Positions 8,242-16,534 of a stretch of DNA of 32,000 bases are shown in pieces. The DNA is from Nostoc sp. PCC 7120 = FACHB-418. Its GTDB lineage: Bacteria; Cyanobacteriota; Cyanobacteriia; Cyanobacteriales; Nostocaceae. Every line of letters begins with the position of its first letter. The stretch's first letter is position 1. The position numbers and the translations under genes were made by a program. The notes under the pieces were generated by a model. The model did no database searches and was not told the origin of the DNA. It saw only the letters and a list, made by a program, of their open reading frames with translations. The stretch is taken from positions 150,001-182,000 of the forward strand of contig NC_003272.1 in the NCBI RefSeq assembly GCF_000009705.1. Direction: 5' to 3'.

Positions 8242-8520
8242 ATGTCATTACAACTAAAAAGAGACTATCTAGAAACACTTCCTGATGCCTTATAAAAGAC
8301 ATGAAAAGATACTTTAGAATCTCTGAAAAAAATAGCTGACAGTCGAGATATGTCCTGTGAGGCATTACTTAAGTTGTATATTTGGCAAGGTTTACGCCAA
8401 TATTTAGCTAAGTTATTTTCTAACCTTGTGCTAGAGGCTATTGCTCAAGTGCTGGCACGACATATTGAATTCAGAAGCAGAAATTTCTCACATTCTACAA
8501 GAAATTCTTTCTCAAACTAA
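8242..8520 (+). pseudogene. Decayed BrnA/CopG-like antitoxin remnant (two in-frame stops)
   Basis: A single frame reads MSLQLKRDYLETLPDAL*KT*KDTLESLKKIADSRDMSCEALLKLYIWQGLRQYLAKL... The LKKIA..R..S...L.K.....GLRQ pattern resembles BrnA-type antitoxins. The in-frame stops are at 8293 and 8302, and the longest intact piece is 8350..8520. Confidence 0.35.
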
Positions 8521-8588
8521 TTGTTAGTGCGATCGCTTTCTTGATTATCTTACAAAAGGCGATCACCGCATAAGGTCACTGTTCACTA

Positions 8589-9779
8589 TTAAAACATCCG
8601 CCGACGTTGACGCTTGTTCTCCATTTGTGGTCTTCGTATTGGTACTACCTCGGCTTCACTACTTTCTCTGGCGACGCGAATTAGTAAACCTGCACCGATT
8701 AAGCTAGCAATCATGGAGTTACCACCATAACTAAACATGGGTAAGGGTAAGCCTGTCGTTGGTAAGGCTCCTGTGGCTACACCAATATGTAACAATGATT
8801 GTCCGACCATGATAATGGTGATGCCCATTGCTACCAAGCGATGAACGGGATTTTTTGTTTTCAGTGCAACTACTAGACCCAGAGTAGTAAATAGAGCTAA
8901 AAGTACTAACAGAACTATGCTACCAACAAAGCCAAATTCTTCTGCGAATACGGCAAAAATAAAATCGGTATCCTGAATTGGTAAATAGAATAACTTTTGT
9001 TGTGACATCCCAAATCCAGCACCCCAGGTTTTACCAGAACCTATGGCTAAGAGACTTTGTACTAACTGATAGCCGTCGCCTGTCGCGTCTGCCCAAGGGT
9101 TGAGAAATGACATTACCCGTCTGCGCTGATACTCTTTGATGCTAATACTGAGTAAGGCTAACAAGAATCCACCAACTGCTGTTCCTGCTAAATATTTATA
9201 GGGTAGGCCAGCAGCTAGGGCAATTAGCCAGATAGTCATACCGCAGAGTGCTGCTGTACTCAAGTTAGGCTGGGCAAGGATGCCTAAAATCACTAACCCG
9301 AAAATACCTAGCCAGGTGAGTCTTACTCGCCAACTCAATCTTTCCCACTGTCCAAATAATCTGGCACTTTGCAGTACTAAAAAGGGTTTAATTAGTTCTG
9401 AGGGTTGAATGGGAATGGGGCCGATAGCTATCCAACGGGCTGCATCAAAAGCTTTTTTACCCAATCCGGGGACAAGGGTAACAAAGATTAATAGTAAGAA
9501 TAATCCTAGTAGCCAATGGGAGATACCCAGAATTTTCTGTAAGGGTCGATTGACAATGACATTAAATCCAACAAGTGAGGCTAAAACCCAGAGGATTTGC
9601 CGCTTAAAGTAATACAACCCATCACCTTGACGGACATCAGCCACTACGTATGATGCTGAAAAGAGTATGGTTAAGCCAACAAATAACCAAAGAAATGTTA
9701 ACCAGCGCAGCAACCGCGCTTCTAATGCCCAGGTGGAGACGGAATCATCAAAAAATGGAATTAGGCTGCGTAGCTTCAC
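8589..9779 (-). CDS. ftsW: SEDS-family peptidoglycan glycosyltransferase / cell division protein FtsW
   Basis: 396 aa with about 10 TM helices. SEDS motifs are present: PSELIKP, TDFIFAVFAEEFGFVG and LPLPMFSYGGNSM. The start is a GTG. FtsW versus RodA cannot be settled by eye. Confidence 0.85.
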   Translation of the reverse strand: MKLRSLIPFFDDSVSTWALEARLLRWLTFLWLFVGLTILFSASYVVADVRQGDGLYYFKRQILWVLASLVGFNVIVNRPLQKILGISHWLLGLFLLLIFVTLVPGLGKKAFDAARWIAIGPIPIQPSELIKPFLVLQSARLFGQWERLSWRVRLTWLGIFGLVILGILAQPNLSTAALCGMTIWLIALAAGLPYKYLAGTAVGGFLLALLSISIKEYQRRRVMSFLNPWADATGDGYQLVQSLLAIGSGKTWGAGFGMSQQKLFYLPIQDTDFIFAVFAEEFGFVGSIVLLVLLALFTTLGLVVALKTKNPVHRLVAMGITIIMVGQSLLHIGVATGALPTTGLPLPMFSYGGNSMIASLIGAGLLIRVARESSEAEVVPIRRPQMENKRQRRRMF

Positions 9780-9852
9780 GATTCATTACAGGTAAAAGGT
9801 GAGGGATTATATCAAGTTTGGATAGTTACTTAATAATACGGTTGGTTTTGTT

Positions 9853-9880
9853 GGTAATGGGTAATGGCTAATAGGTAATT
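9853..9880. repeat. STRR-like heptamers GGTAATG GGTAATG GCTAATA GGTAATT
   Basis: Four tandem units. They are the reverse complement of the (CTATTAC)n family at 4707-4741. Confidence 0.85.
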
Positions 9881-9978
9881 GATTTGTAACATTTAGCTAT
9901 GACCAACTTCCCTAGATATTATTGGTGTCCAAACAGATATGAGATTAGGTGTTAGCATTTAGGTATAACACTCATAAC

Positions 9979-10992
9979 TTATAACTCATAATTGATGATG
10001 TGACCCATGGCAGCAATTGCACCATTGGTATATGTTGGTGCAGGGGATGGCTTTGTTAGTTCTAATTGCTCTAGGATCAATCTCACTGTAATCATGGCAT
10101 CTTCAATATTCTGCACCCAGTAACCTCTGCTAGCTCTTTTTTGTTGGCGATCGTACAATCGCGGTAAGGCTAACGCTACCAACGGTACACCTACGGCAGC
10201 ACATTCGTAAACCGTGTTATATCCTGCACTGCCGATGACTATATCAGCCGCCGCTAGACACTCTATCCCAGGATGATGGGATATCCACAAGCTTTCTGGG
10301 CAATTATGGGGGCAATGAGGAGCTAAAATCCTGACTGCACATTGGGGAAATTTTTGATGAAAATGCAGTGTAATTTCACCAAATAAAGATAGTTCTGATG
10401 CTTGTCCGGCGGCACAAACTAGGATAGTTTTATCTGATGAATTTGTTTTGAGGATATGCGATCGCACTATCATCTTATCTGGTAATTCTTCTGGGTTACG
10501 AATTAACCAAGGTGCTGTGTGCATTACTCCTGGTAAATCAGAAAAGGCTAAATCTGTGCCATCGCCTGGTATTATTAGCCCATGAAAATTTTCTAAAACA
10601 AACGATCGCAAGTTTTTGGTAGCTACATAATGAGGATTGATATCTCGATGGATGAGAATCCGGGGTGTGGCGTGCAATTGGGGTAAGATGTCGGCTATTT
10701 CTCCACCCAAACCTCTGGGAAATGTGTCGATAATTAAGCAGTCAAGGTGAGTATTGAAGATAATTTCCCGTATTTGTAGACAAGTTGTAGCAAAACCTAC
10801 ACTATCGGGAATCCAATGTAGTATGCAGCCTTCATGATTGATTTGTTGTGCATAGGGACTGTTTGTAATAATTTTGACGTTTCTTTGCTTTGCAGCAATT
10901 CTTCCCAAAGACAAAGCACGAGTCAAATGTCCCCAACCGCCACCCAAAGCGTAAATTAGCCAAGTTTTAGTCAATTGTTGGTTAGTTGTCAA
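9979..10992 (-). CDS. GT-B glycosyltransferase, MurG-like (GT28 C-terminal domain type), not canonical MurG
   Basis: 337 aa. It has an N-terminal G-loop YALGGGWGHLTRALSLG and a C-terminal GSAGYNTVYECAAVGVPLVALALPRLYDRQQKRA. TTG is the only available start. Confidence 0.6.
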   Translation of the reverse strand: MTTNQQLTKTWLIYALGGGWGHLTRALSLGRIAAKQRNVKIITNSPYAQQINHEGCILHWIPDSVGFATTCLQIREIIFNTHLDCLIIDTFPRGLGGEIADILPQLHATPRILIHRDINPHYVATKNLRSFVLENFHGLIIPGDGTDLAFSDLPGVMHTAPWLIRNPEELPDKMIVRSHILKTNSSDKTILVCAAGQASELSLFGEITLHFHQKFPQCAVRILAPHCPHNCPESLWISHHPGIECLAAADIVIGSAGYNTVYECAAVGVPLVALALPRLYDRQQKRASRGYWVQNIEDAMITVRLILEQLELTKPSPAPTYTNGAIAAMGHIINYEL

Positions 10993-11059
10993 TTTAGGAC
11001 TTACGCACTCAGGTTGTCTGTTGAGACTGGGGATCGGGGTGTAAGGGTTTTAAAGGTTT

Positions 11060-11677
11060 TTAACTTGCGCCCATATTGGTTTCATAATCGGTATCATATT
11101 CGTTTTCTAAACTCATTGCGTCGGCTTCGGTAAAGTCTATATTGCCTGTTTCCGAGTCGTATTCGTAGCGATCGCGGTTATAGTAATAGCTACTACCCCA
11201 AGAACCAGAATGGTAGTTACCATAGCCGGAATAGTAGGCGTAGTCTTGTTCGTAGGTTGGGTGACAGTGGGGACAGCCTGTGGTGTCTGTGCGTCCACAA
11301 CGGCGCTTAAAGAGAAATCCTATCATGCGATCGCACTCCCCAGGGGTTGTGACTGGGGTAAATTTTACGGTGATTTCACAACTACCGATTTTGATGCGAT
11401 CGCCATTATTTAGACTACCATTAGTTAGTTCTGTGCCGTTGATTTGGATGCCATTATCTGTATTTTGGTCAATAATTATCAGATCTTGATTTTGCCAATC
11501 AATTAAGGCGTGGTAATCTGCTATCAGGTCATCTTCAATGGTAATTCTGGAAACTCTTTGACCATTATTTTCTGATGGCATTGCTGCAAATTTTCGCCCA
11601 ATTGCCACTGGGGTTTCTAATGTTGGTTCGCTGTGTTCCCCTGTGTTGGGAACTATCCAACTTAGTTGAATTTGCAA
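11060..11677 (-). CDS. FHA-domain protein with Cys4 motif and Tyr/Gly/Ser-rich acidic tail
   Basis: The FHA signature reads VAIGR...DYHALIDWQNQDLIIIDQNTDNGIQINGTEL...GDRIKIG. It is followed by C-x11-C-x7-C-x2-C and then YYSGYGNYHSGSWGSSYYYNRDRYEYD. The start is a TTG with GGAGG 11 nt upstream. Confidence 0.8.
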   Translation of the reverse strand: MQIQLSWIVPNTGEHSEPTLETPVAIGRKFAAMPSENNGQRVSRITIEDDLIADYHALIDWQNQDLIIIDQNTDNGIQINGTELTNGSLNNGDRIKIGSCEITVKFTPVTTPGECDRMIGFLFKRRCGRTDTTGCPHCHPTYEQDYAYYSGYGNYHSGSWGSSYYYNRDRYEYDSETGNIDFTEADAMSLENEYDTDYETNMGAS

Positions 11678-11680
11678 GGT

Positions 11681-12349
11681 TTACTGTCCTCCTGTGGAAT
11701 TAACTGCATAAGCTAAAGCCGCTTGTTGTTCGCGGGTAAGTACGTCAAATCCAAAGCAAGCAAATGCAATGGGAGAGATATTTGATTTTGTGGAGAAAAC
11801 AGTTTTACCTGGGGGATTTCTTAAGGATATTTTTCCTTCTTTAATTCTCACTTGATACACTATTTTTGTATCTGCGCTAGCAATTTCTAAACCTTTGGCA
11901 TTTGTCTTAATCTGGTAAATTTCTTTTTTCTTACCATCTGTTAATTGATAATTTCCATTACCTTGTAGACTGAGAACATATAAAATTTGTTTGCCGTCTG
12001 GATTCTCTAGCTGCCAATTACCTTGAGATGTAACTACATAGCCTAAAACTTTATCTTGAGAATTTTTCAGTTTTAACTTATTAGCTTTATCTACTTTTAT
12101 TCTGGCTATTTCTTGATTTTTACCATCAACTAACTTTGCTCCATCCGCTTGCTGCTTCAGTGCAAATAAGTCTGAACCACCTTCTGTTTTAAATTTAATT
12201 TTATCGGTACTTTCAACATTAGCAGCTACAGGCGTTACGGCTGGATTATTGGGAGTGACTACAGAGTTAGGTGATTGATTACTATTACAACTAACAATTA
12301 ATGTCAGTAGTAAGCCTGAAACTAAAAATTTTAGAAATCGTTTTTTCAT
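11681..12349 (-). CDS. Lipoprotein of unknown function with internal beta-hairpin-like repeats
   Basis: The signal peptide plus lipobox reads MKKRFLKFLVSGLLLTLIVS-C. The protein is Lys/Gln-rich with repeated x-L-x-D/P-GK-x-x-I motifs. Its ATG lies 2 nt after the upstream stop. Confidence 0.7.
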   Translation of the reverse strand: MKKRFLKFLVSGLLLTLIVSCNSNQSPNSVVTPNNPAVTPVAANVESTDKIKFKTEGGSDLFALKQQADGAKLVDGKNQEIARIKVDKANKLKLKNSQDKVLGYVVTSQGNWQLENPDGKQILYVLSLQGNGNYQLTDGKKKEIYQIKTNAKGLEIASADTKIVYQVRIKEGKISLRNPPGKTVFSTKSNISPIAFACFGFDVLTREQQAALAYAVNSTGGQ

Positions 12350-12351
12350 GA

Positions 12352-13254
12352 CTATTTAGAAAGTAATTTAGCTAAATTCAGCACTTGATAACAACTTAGA
12401 AACATGGCTGCAATTGTTTCATATAAAGTATTTTGAACTTCCACAAATTGAGGTGCAATTCTGGCACTAATATTAATAGATTTATCTGTGACTTTCGCTA
12501 ATCTTAGTGTAGATGACTGTGGTAGTTTAACTGCACTATTGATCTCGTTTTGTAAAACTTTAATTGCTCCGTAGCGACTTTGAGGATAAGATAACTTCAA
12601 GTCTATATCTAAACCCATTCCTTTAGTTTTTGTTTTATATTTTTGCTTTCCACTGCTGCCCCGTTTCCAGCCATATTCTTTTTTAGATAGTTCAGTTAAA
12701 CTTAGATTAAAACGAGTTTTATCTAAAAATTGACCTTGTAGCCGTAACCATTCATTGCGATAACTATCTACTTTCCATCCTGACTTATATGGGTGGGGAT
12801 TAGTACCTATTTTGTTGTTATCAATTTCCATAGGTTGAAAAGATAGTTTTAAATCAAAGACAGATGCTTTATCCATATCCCTACCCAGCATCTGTAAAAT
12901 CTGCTTTGTTAAATTATATCGATGGTTACTAATATTTGTTTTTTTATATTGGCTCCGTTTCACTAAAGTATAAATACAGGCAACTATCAGCGCAAGTGTG
13001 ACTAGGAATAGCCCTATCATGGATAAGCTGAATATAAGATGATTGTTACTTGAAATCAATAAAATAAAAAGTAAGGTACAAGAGGTTAATATTCCCAGGA
13101 AATAGAATAAAGCTTTTTTACCATATTCTTTTTGCTTCATTTCTGAAAGCTGATCAATTTCTGCAATTTGTTGTAAATCATCTAATATGTTTGCTAACGG
13201 AAATTGTGCGGTGTATAGCAAATCTTTTCGCAAATTGTTTAACTCAATAGCCAT
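12352..13254 (-). CDS. Hypothetical membrane protein (N-terminal helix, 2 TM, C-terminal Lys-rich domain of about 200 aa)
   Basis: 300-aa ORF with an ATG start. Two hydrophobic helices span roughly residues 48-100. I recognise no family motif. It is the first gene of a tightly coupled three-gene unit. Confidence 0.6.
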   Translation of the reverse strand: MAIELNNLRKDLLYTAQFPLANILDDLQQIAEIDQLSEMKQKEYGKKALFYFLGILTSCTLLFILLISSNNHLIFSLSMIGLFLVTLALIVACIYTLVKRSQYKKTNISNHRYNLTKQILQMLGRDMDKASVFDLKLSFQPMEIDNNKIGTNPHPYKSGWKVDSYRNEWLRLQGQFLDKTRFNLSLTELSKKEYGWKRGSSGKQKYKTKTKGMGLDIDLKLSYPQSRYGAIKVLQNEINSAVKLPQSSTLRLAKVTDKSINISARIAPQFVEVQNTLYETIAAMFLSCYQVLNLAKLLSK

Positions 13255-13381
13255 ATTGTCTAAAAATCGTAATTATTATTTAAAATTTATTAATTTAAGT
13301 GAATAAAAAAGTCAAATCATCCCAGCTTCGCCGCAAGTATATCAAACAGAAAATAACCTGTCAACGAATTTATAAACTTGT

Positions 13382-14575
13382 ATGAATAAATTGAGTATCG
13401 CTTATATTACTTTCGATATTGTACCTGCGCCAAAGGGAGCATCAGTTCATATTGAGGCTTTTTCTTCGGCTTTAGCAGATGCTTATGAAGAAATACATTT
13501 ATTAACAGTTTCCCCAACGGCAGAATTGATATATTCAGAGCAAATTCATCCAAATATTAATCATGTAATGTTACCTGCTTTAGGTAATGATTTCATTCAG
13601 CGAGTTCTGTACTTCCGTCGAGCTTTACAAGGTTGGTTAAAAAATCAGCGATTTGATGTCATACATATTCGCTCAATTTATGAAGGTTTGATAATTGCTT
13701 GTAATAAAAAGCAATATTGTGACAGGTTAATTTTTGAAGTGAATGGTTTACCTTCCATAGAGTTAAAATATCGCTATCCGGCTGTGGCTGATGATGAGGA
13801 GCTACTGTATAAGCTACATTCCCAAGAGCAAATTTGTTTAAATGCAGCAGATTTGGTTGTAACCCCTAGTTATGTGACTGCTAAATATTTACAGGAAAGG
13901 GAAATATCAGAGAATAAAATTAAAGTTATTCCTAATGGCGTAGATTTAGATATATTTACTTATAGTAAGACTCAGCAGTTCAATACCGATCTAGTTCATT
14001 TACCTTACCAGATGCTATATTTTGGTACATTTTCATCGTGGCAAGGTGTGAATTTAGCGATTGAAGCGTTAGGTTTAGTGAATCGAGATTTTCCTGCTTG
14101 TTTAACAGTGATAGGACAAGGGAGAAATTATCAAATAAAAACTTTAAAACAACTAGCTTATAAGTTGGGTGTGGCAGACAAACTCAACATTTTAGAACCC
14201 ATGCCCCAAAAAGAGTTGGTTGCACATATTCATAGTTCAGATGTAATTTTAGCGCCTTTAACGGCAAACGATCGCAATCTCGTCCAAGGTTGTTGTCCCC
14301 TAAAGATTTTGGAAGGTATGGCGACGGGAACGCCTGTAATTACTAGTGATATACCAGTCGTGCAAGAGTTGGGAGAAAATGGAGTGCATTTTTTATCAGT
14401 CAAGCCAGGTTCAGCCAAGGCAATTAAGGATGCTGTGGTACAGTTACGAAATGATCAAGATTTAGCATCTCAACTAGCTATCAATGGCCGTCAACGCATA
14501 GAGGCGCATTACACTTGGCAAGGCGCGGGTAAGGATTTAATTGCGGCTTATCAGGAATTAATTACTGTTGACTAA
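13382..14575 (+). CDS. Glycosyltransferase, GT4 (group 1) family
   Basis: 397 aa with a GT-B C-terminal domain: ILEGMATGTPVITSDIPVVQELGENGVHFL, in an E-x7-E type context. Confidence 0.8.
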   Translation: MNKLSIAYITFDIVPAPKGASVHIEAFSSALADAYEEIHLLTVSPTAELIYSEQIHPNINHVMLPALGNDFIQRVLYFRRALQGWLKNQRFDVIHIRSIYEGLIIACNKKQYCDRLIFEVNGLPSIELKYRYPAVADDEELLYKLHSQEQICLNAADLVVTPSYVTAKYLQEREISENKIKVIPNGVDLDIFTYSKTQQFNTDLVHLPYQMLYFGTFSSWQGVNLAIEALGLVNRDFPACLTVIGQGRNYQIKTLKQLAYKLGVADKLNILEPMPQKELVAHIHSSDVILAPLTANDRNLVQGCCPLKILEGMATGTPVITSDIPVVQELGENGVHFLSVKPGSAKAIKDAVVQLRNDQDLASQLAINGRQRIEAHYTWQGAGKDLIAAYQELITVD

Positions 14576-15712
14576 ACAATCAATCACAACTTGTAGTTGC
14601 TGTTGTTCTTGAGAGATAGAATACTTGGTGAGGATGCGATCGCGTGCTGCTTGTTGAATGCAATTTTTCTCTCCTGCTGGCATTTGTAAACACTCCAAAA
14701 CCGCCTCACCTAATTTGTGCAGATGAGAACGAGGTAGCAAAAAGCCATTTTCACCATGTAAAATCACCTCTGGAATACCACCCGCATCACTGGCGATACA
14801 ACAGCAACCGCAAGCCATCGCTTCTAAAAGGGCATTGGGCATACCTTCCCACAGAGAAGGCTGGAGGTAAACATCACATAACTGTAGATAGGCGGCGACT
14901 GTTTGCGAGTCTGATAAATGTCCAGTCACTATTATCCTTTGGGCATCTTCTGGCTGCTGACTTGCATATAATTGCAACACAGATTCTTGAGAAGTCCTCA
15001 CTTCACCAATAATTAATAGACAAGCTGGGCGTTGTTGGCGGACTATTGTTAGGGCATTAAGGAGGAATTGCTGTCCTTTCTTTTCCCGCAATTCTCCACA
15101 AAATCCTAAAACCACTTCGTCAGGTGCAATTCCTAAAGTAGCCCGCAGATTAGTTTCTGCCAATGGTGCAAAAATATCTGTATCTACAGCATTTTTCAAC
15201 ACCAAAACATCATTTCGTCCACTCAATAGGTGAATTTTCCGTGCCATATCCGCACTCACTGCGGTGATAACTTTGGCGTGTTGCAACGTCCATTGCAGCC
15301 GGGCAAAATCCCCAGGGGGAAACATTTCCCGGTCAATATCGTTACCACGGGCGCTAACTGTACTGGCTATTCCTTGCAAAGCAGCAAACCAAGTCGCTAA
15401 AAAGCCACTAGGAAACAAGTAATGTCCCCAAACTGCATCGTAGGCGCGAGTTTGATGCAGCCACTCTAAAAAATTGAGGGTGTGGGGCATTGTCATATCC
15501 CAATGGCGATATAAGCCGATGCGGTAGACGCGGGGTTGTCCATTTAAAGATGTGGGTGGTGAGACTTCCCCTGGCTGCAAGTAACGACTCCAACTGACAA
15601 CATCAACTTCTACACCTAATTGAGACAGTGTTTTTACTAGACGTGTGGCACTAGTCGCTAAACCGCCTAAGTCTGGGGCAAATCTTTCTGTAATTAATAA
15701 AAGACGTGTCAT
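14558..15712 (-). CDS. Glycosyltransferase, GT4 (group 1) family
   Basis: 384 aa. It has N-terminal ITERFAPDLGGLATS and C-terminal PSLWEGMPNALLEAMACGCCCIASDAGGIPEVILHGENGFLL. Its 3' end overlaps the convergent GT4 gene by 18 nt. Confidence 0.85.
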   Translation of the reverse strand: MTRLLLITERFAPDLGGLATSATRLVKTLSQLGVEVDVVSWSRYLQPGEVSPPTSLNGQPRVYRIGLYRHWDMTMPHTLNFLEWLHQTRAYDAVWGHYLFPSGFLATWFAALQGIASTVSARGNDIDREMFPPGDFARLQWTLQHAKVITAVSADMARKIHLLSGRNDVLVLKNAVDTDIFAPLAETNLRATLGIAPDEVVLGFCGELREKKGQQFLLNALTIVRQQRPACLLIIGEVRTSQESVLQLYASQQPEDAQRIIVTGHLSDSQTVAAYLQLCDVYLQPSLWEGMPNALLEAMACGCCCIASDAGGIPEVILHGENGFLLPRSHLHKLGEAVLECLQMPAGEKNCIQQAARDRILTKYSISQEQQQLQVVIDCLVNSN

Positions 15713-15870
15713 GATTACTATCTGCGATATTCATCACCGCAATCGTCGATTAATTGATCTAATATGTAACGTGTTGCCACATTCCGTTTAATATCAGGCA
15801 AATATTTAAATCAGAGGGAAATTGCAACCTGCTGTCTGCTGATAGGGACATTTTTGGGAATTTAAAAGTT

Positions 15871-16206
15871 TTAACGCCAGCCTTTTTCTGCTTGTTCTAG
15901 AACGTAAGCCGCCACATCTTGAATTTCTTGTTCACTGAGACGGTCTTTGTAGGCTGACATATTATTTTTACCATTAGTGACGATCGCTTCAATGGCTTCT
16001 AGGGAATCCATCCCATATTTTTTTAGCGTCTTCTTTTGCAAGTTCTTACCACGCCGGATAATATTACTACCATTGATATGACAACCTGCACAGTGAACAC
16101 TAAAGATTTGTTCGCCATTGATTGTATTTTCTGCATTTGCAGGCGGAGTCAAAGTACTTATCAAGAATAAAAAGGTTACTAATACTAATTTGAGAAATTT
16201 CTGCAC
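15871..16206 (-). CDS. Cytochrome c6-like protein (c6B/c6C-type isoform)
   Basis: A signal peptide ends in PPANA. The heme site is CAGCH, and there is an axial Met in KNNMSAY. The NIIRRGKNL motif is typical of c6-like rather than canonical c6. The start is a GTG. Confidence 0.8.
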   Translation of the reverse strand: MQKFLKLVLVTFLFLISTLTPPANAENTINGEQIFSVHCAGCHINGSNIIRRGKNLQKKTLKKYGMDSLEAIEAIVTNGKNNMSAYKDRLSEQEIQDVAAYVLEQAEKGWR

Positions 16207-16534
16207 GTAGCTGCTCCTATAATGATGTGTTTCTTACTAAAAAATACTTAATTTCTGAAATATGTGTAGTTTTGGTGGACATTGCCTACCCTACAGATAC
16301 TTATATTTTTATGGGCAAGCGCAGGCTACGCCAACAATAATCAAATCGGATTCCTATAGTCACATACTCATCATCCCATAGATGGACAACAAGTTATACA
16401 TGACCTACTTTAGTATGGATATTCTAATTTTATGTCTCTAGGAAGTACCACAAATATGATGACTAAACCATAATGTAGAAGGAAGACTATCTACAAAAAT
16501 TTTATCCAAATTATCTAAATCACAAGAGTTGAAA

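Noticed and set aside
9979-10992. Calling the glycosyltransferase upstream of ftsW murG
   Set aside because: The G-loop is GGGWGH rather than the MurG-type GGTGGH. The gene order, with the GT upstream of ftsW and a 199-nt gap, differs from dcw clusters. I left it as MurG-like only.
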